IMG/VR virus record: IMGVR_UViG_3300046717_000073
Location: 1 to 44,200 of that record
Length of the DNA stretch: 44,200 nt
DNA from: a virus
Taxonomy: Duplodnaviria > Caudoviricetes
Reading direction: 5' to 3' (one strand)
Of this stretch, positions 44,065 through 44,200 are shown one piece after another. Both the position numbers and the translations under genes were made by a program. A model generated the notes under the pieces. That model was not told the origin of the DNA and searched no databases. It saw only the letters and a list, made by a program, of their open reading frames with translations. How positions within the stretch are numbered: the stretch's first letter is position 1; the number at the start of each line of letters is the position of its first letter.

Positions 44065-44200
44065 TGCCTGTTCCTCTCTGTGCCCTTACTTGTGCTTGCT
44101 TTCCCATTGCCCATGATTCCAGTTGAGAACCTCTTGCTGCGATACCACCAGGCTTAGCATTACGTGAACCGGTAGTAAACGTATTGGGCTTAGGCTGACT

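Overview
Segment of a large tailed dsDNA phage genome, probably infecting an actinobacterium such as Streptomyces (inferred from a TerD gene, TTGACA-N17/18-TANNNT promoters and gene content). 1-9.2 kb (- strand): virion-like small proteins, an Acb2/Tad1-like protein, terminase large subunit, KTSC protein, MazG-like protein, metallophosphoesterase and a T4 Rnl1-type RNA ligase. 9.3-20.8 kb (- strand): an array of 29 tRNA genes covering all 20 amino acids, interleaved with thioredoxin, small KOW/SH3-like ORFs, a permuted NlpC/P60 enzyme, HNH/EndoVII nucleases and a Ro60/TROVE gene. Directly upstream of Ro60 are three tandem Y-RNA-like genes sharing one terminal module but carrying different inserts. 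The array also holds a tmRNA-like RNA with no mRNA domain, atypical tRNAs and pseudoknotted spacer RNAs. 22-26.9 kb: HNH, HAD phosphatase, DEDDh exoribonuclease, EndoVII. 27-41.7 kb: a more GC-rich block of probable early genes separated by about 10 copies of a conserved intergenic hairpin. The right end encodes a TGT-fold-like protein. All calls were made by eye; boundaries may be off by a few bases.
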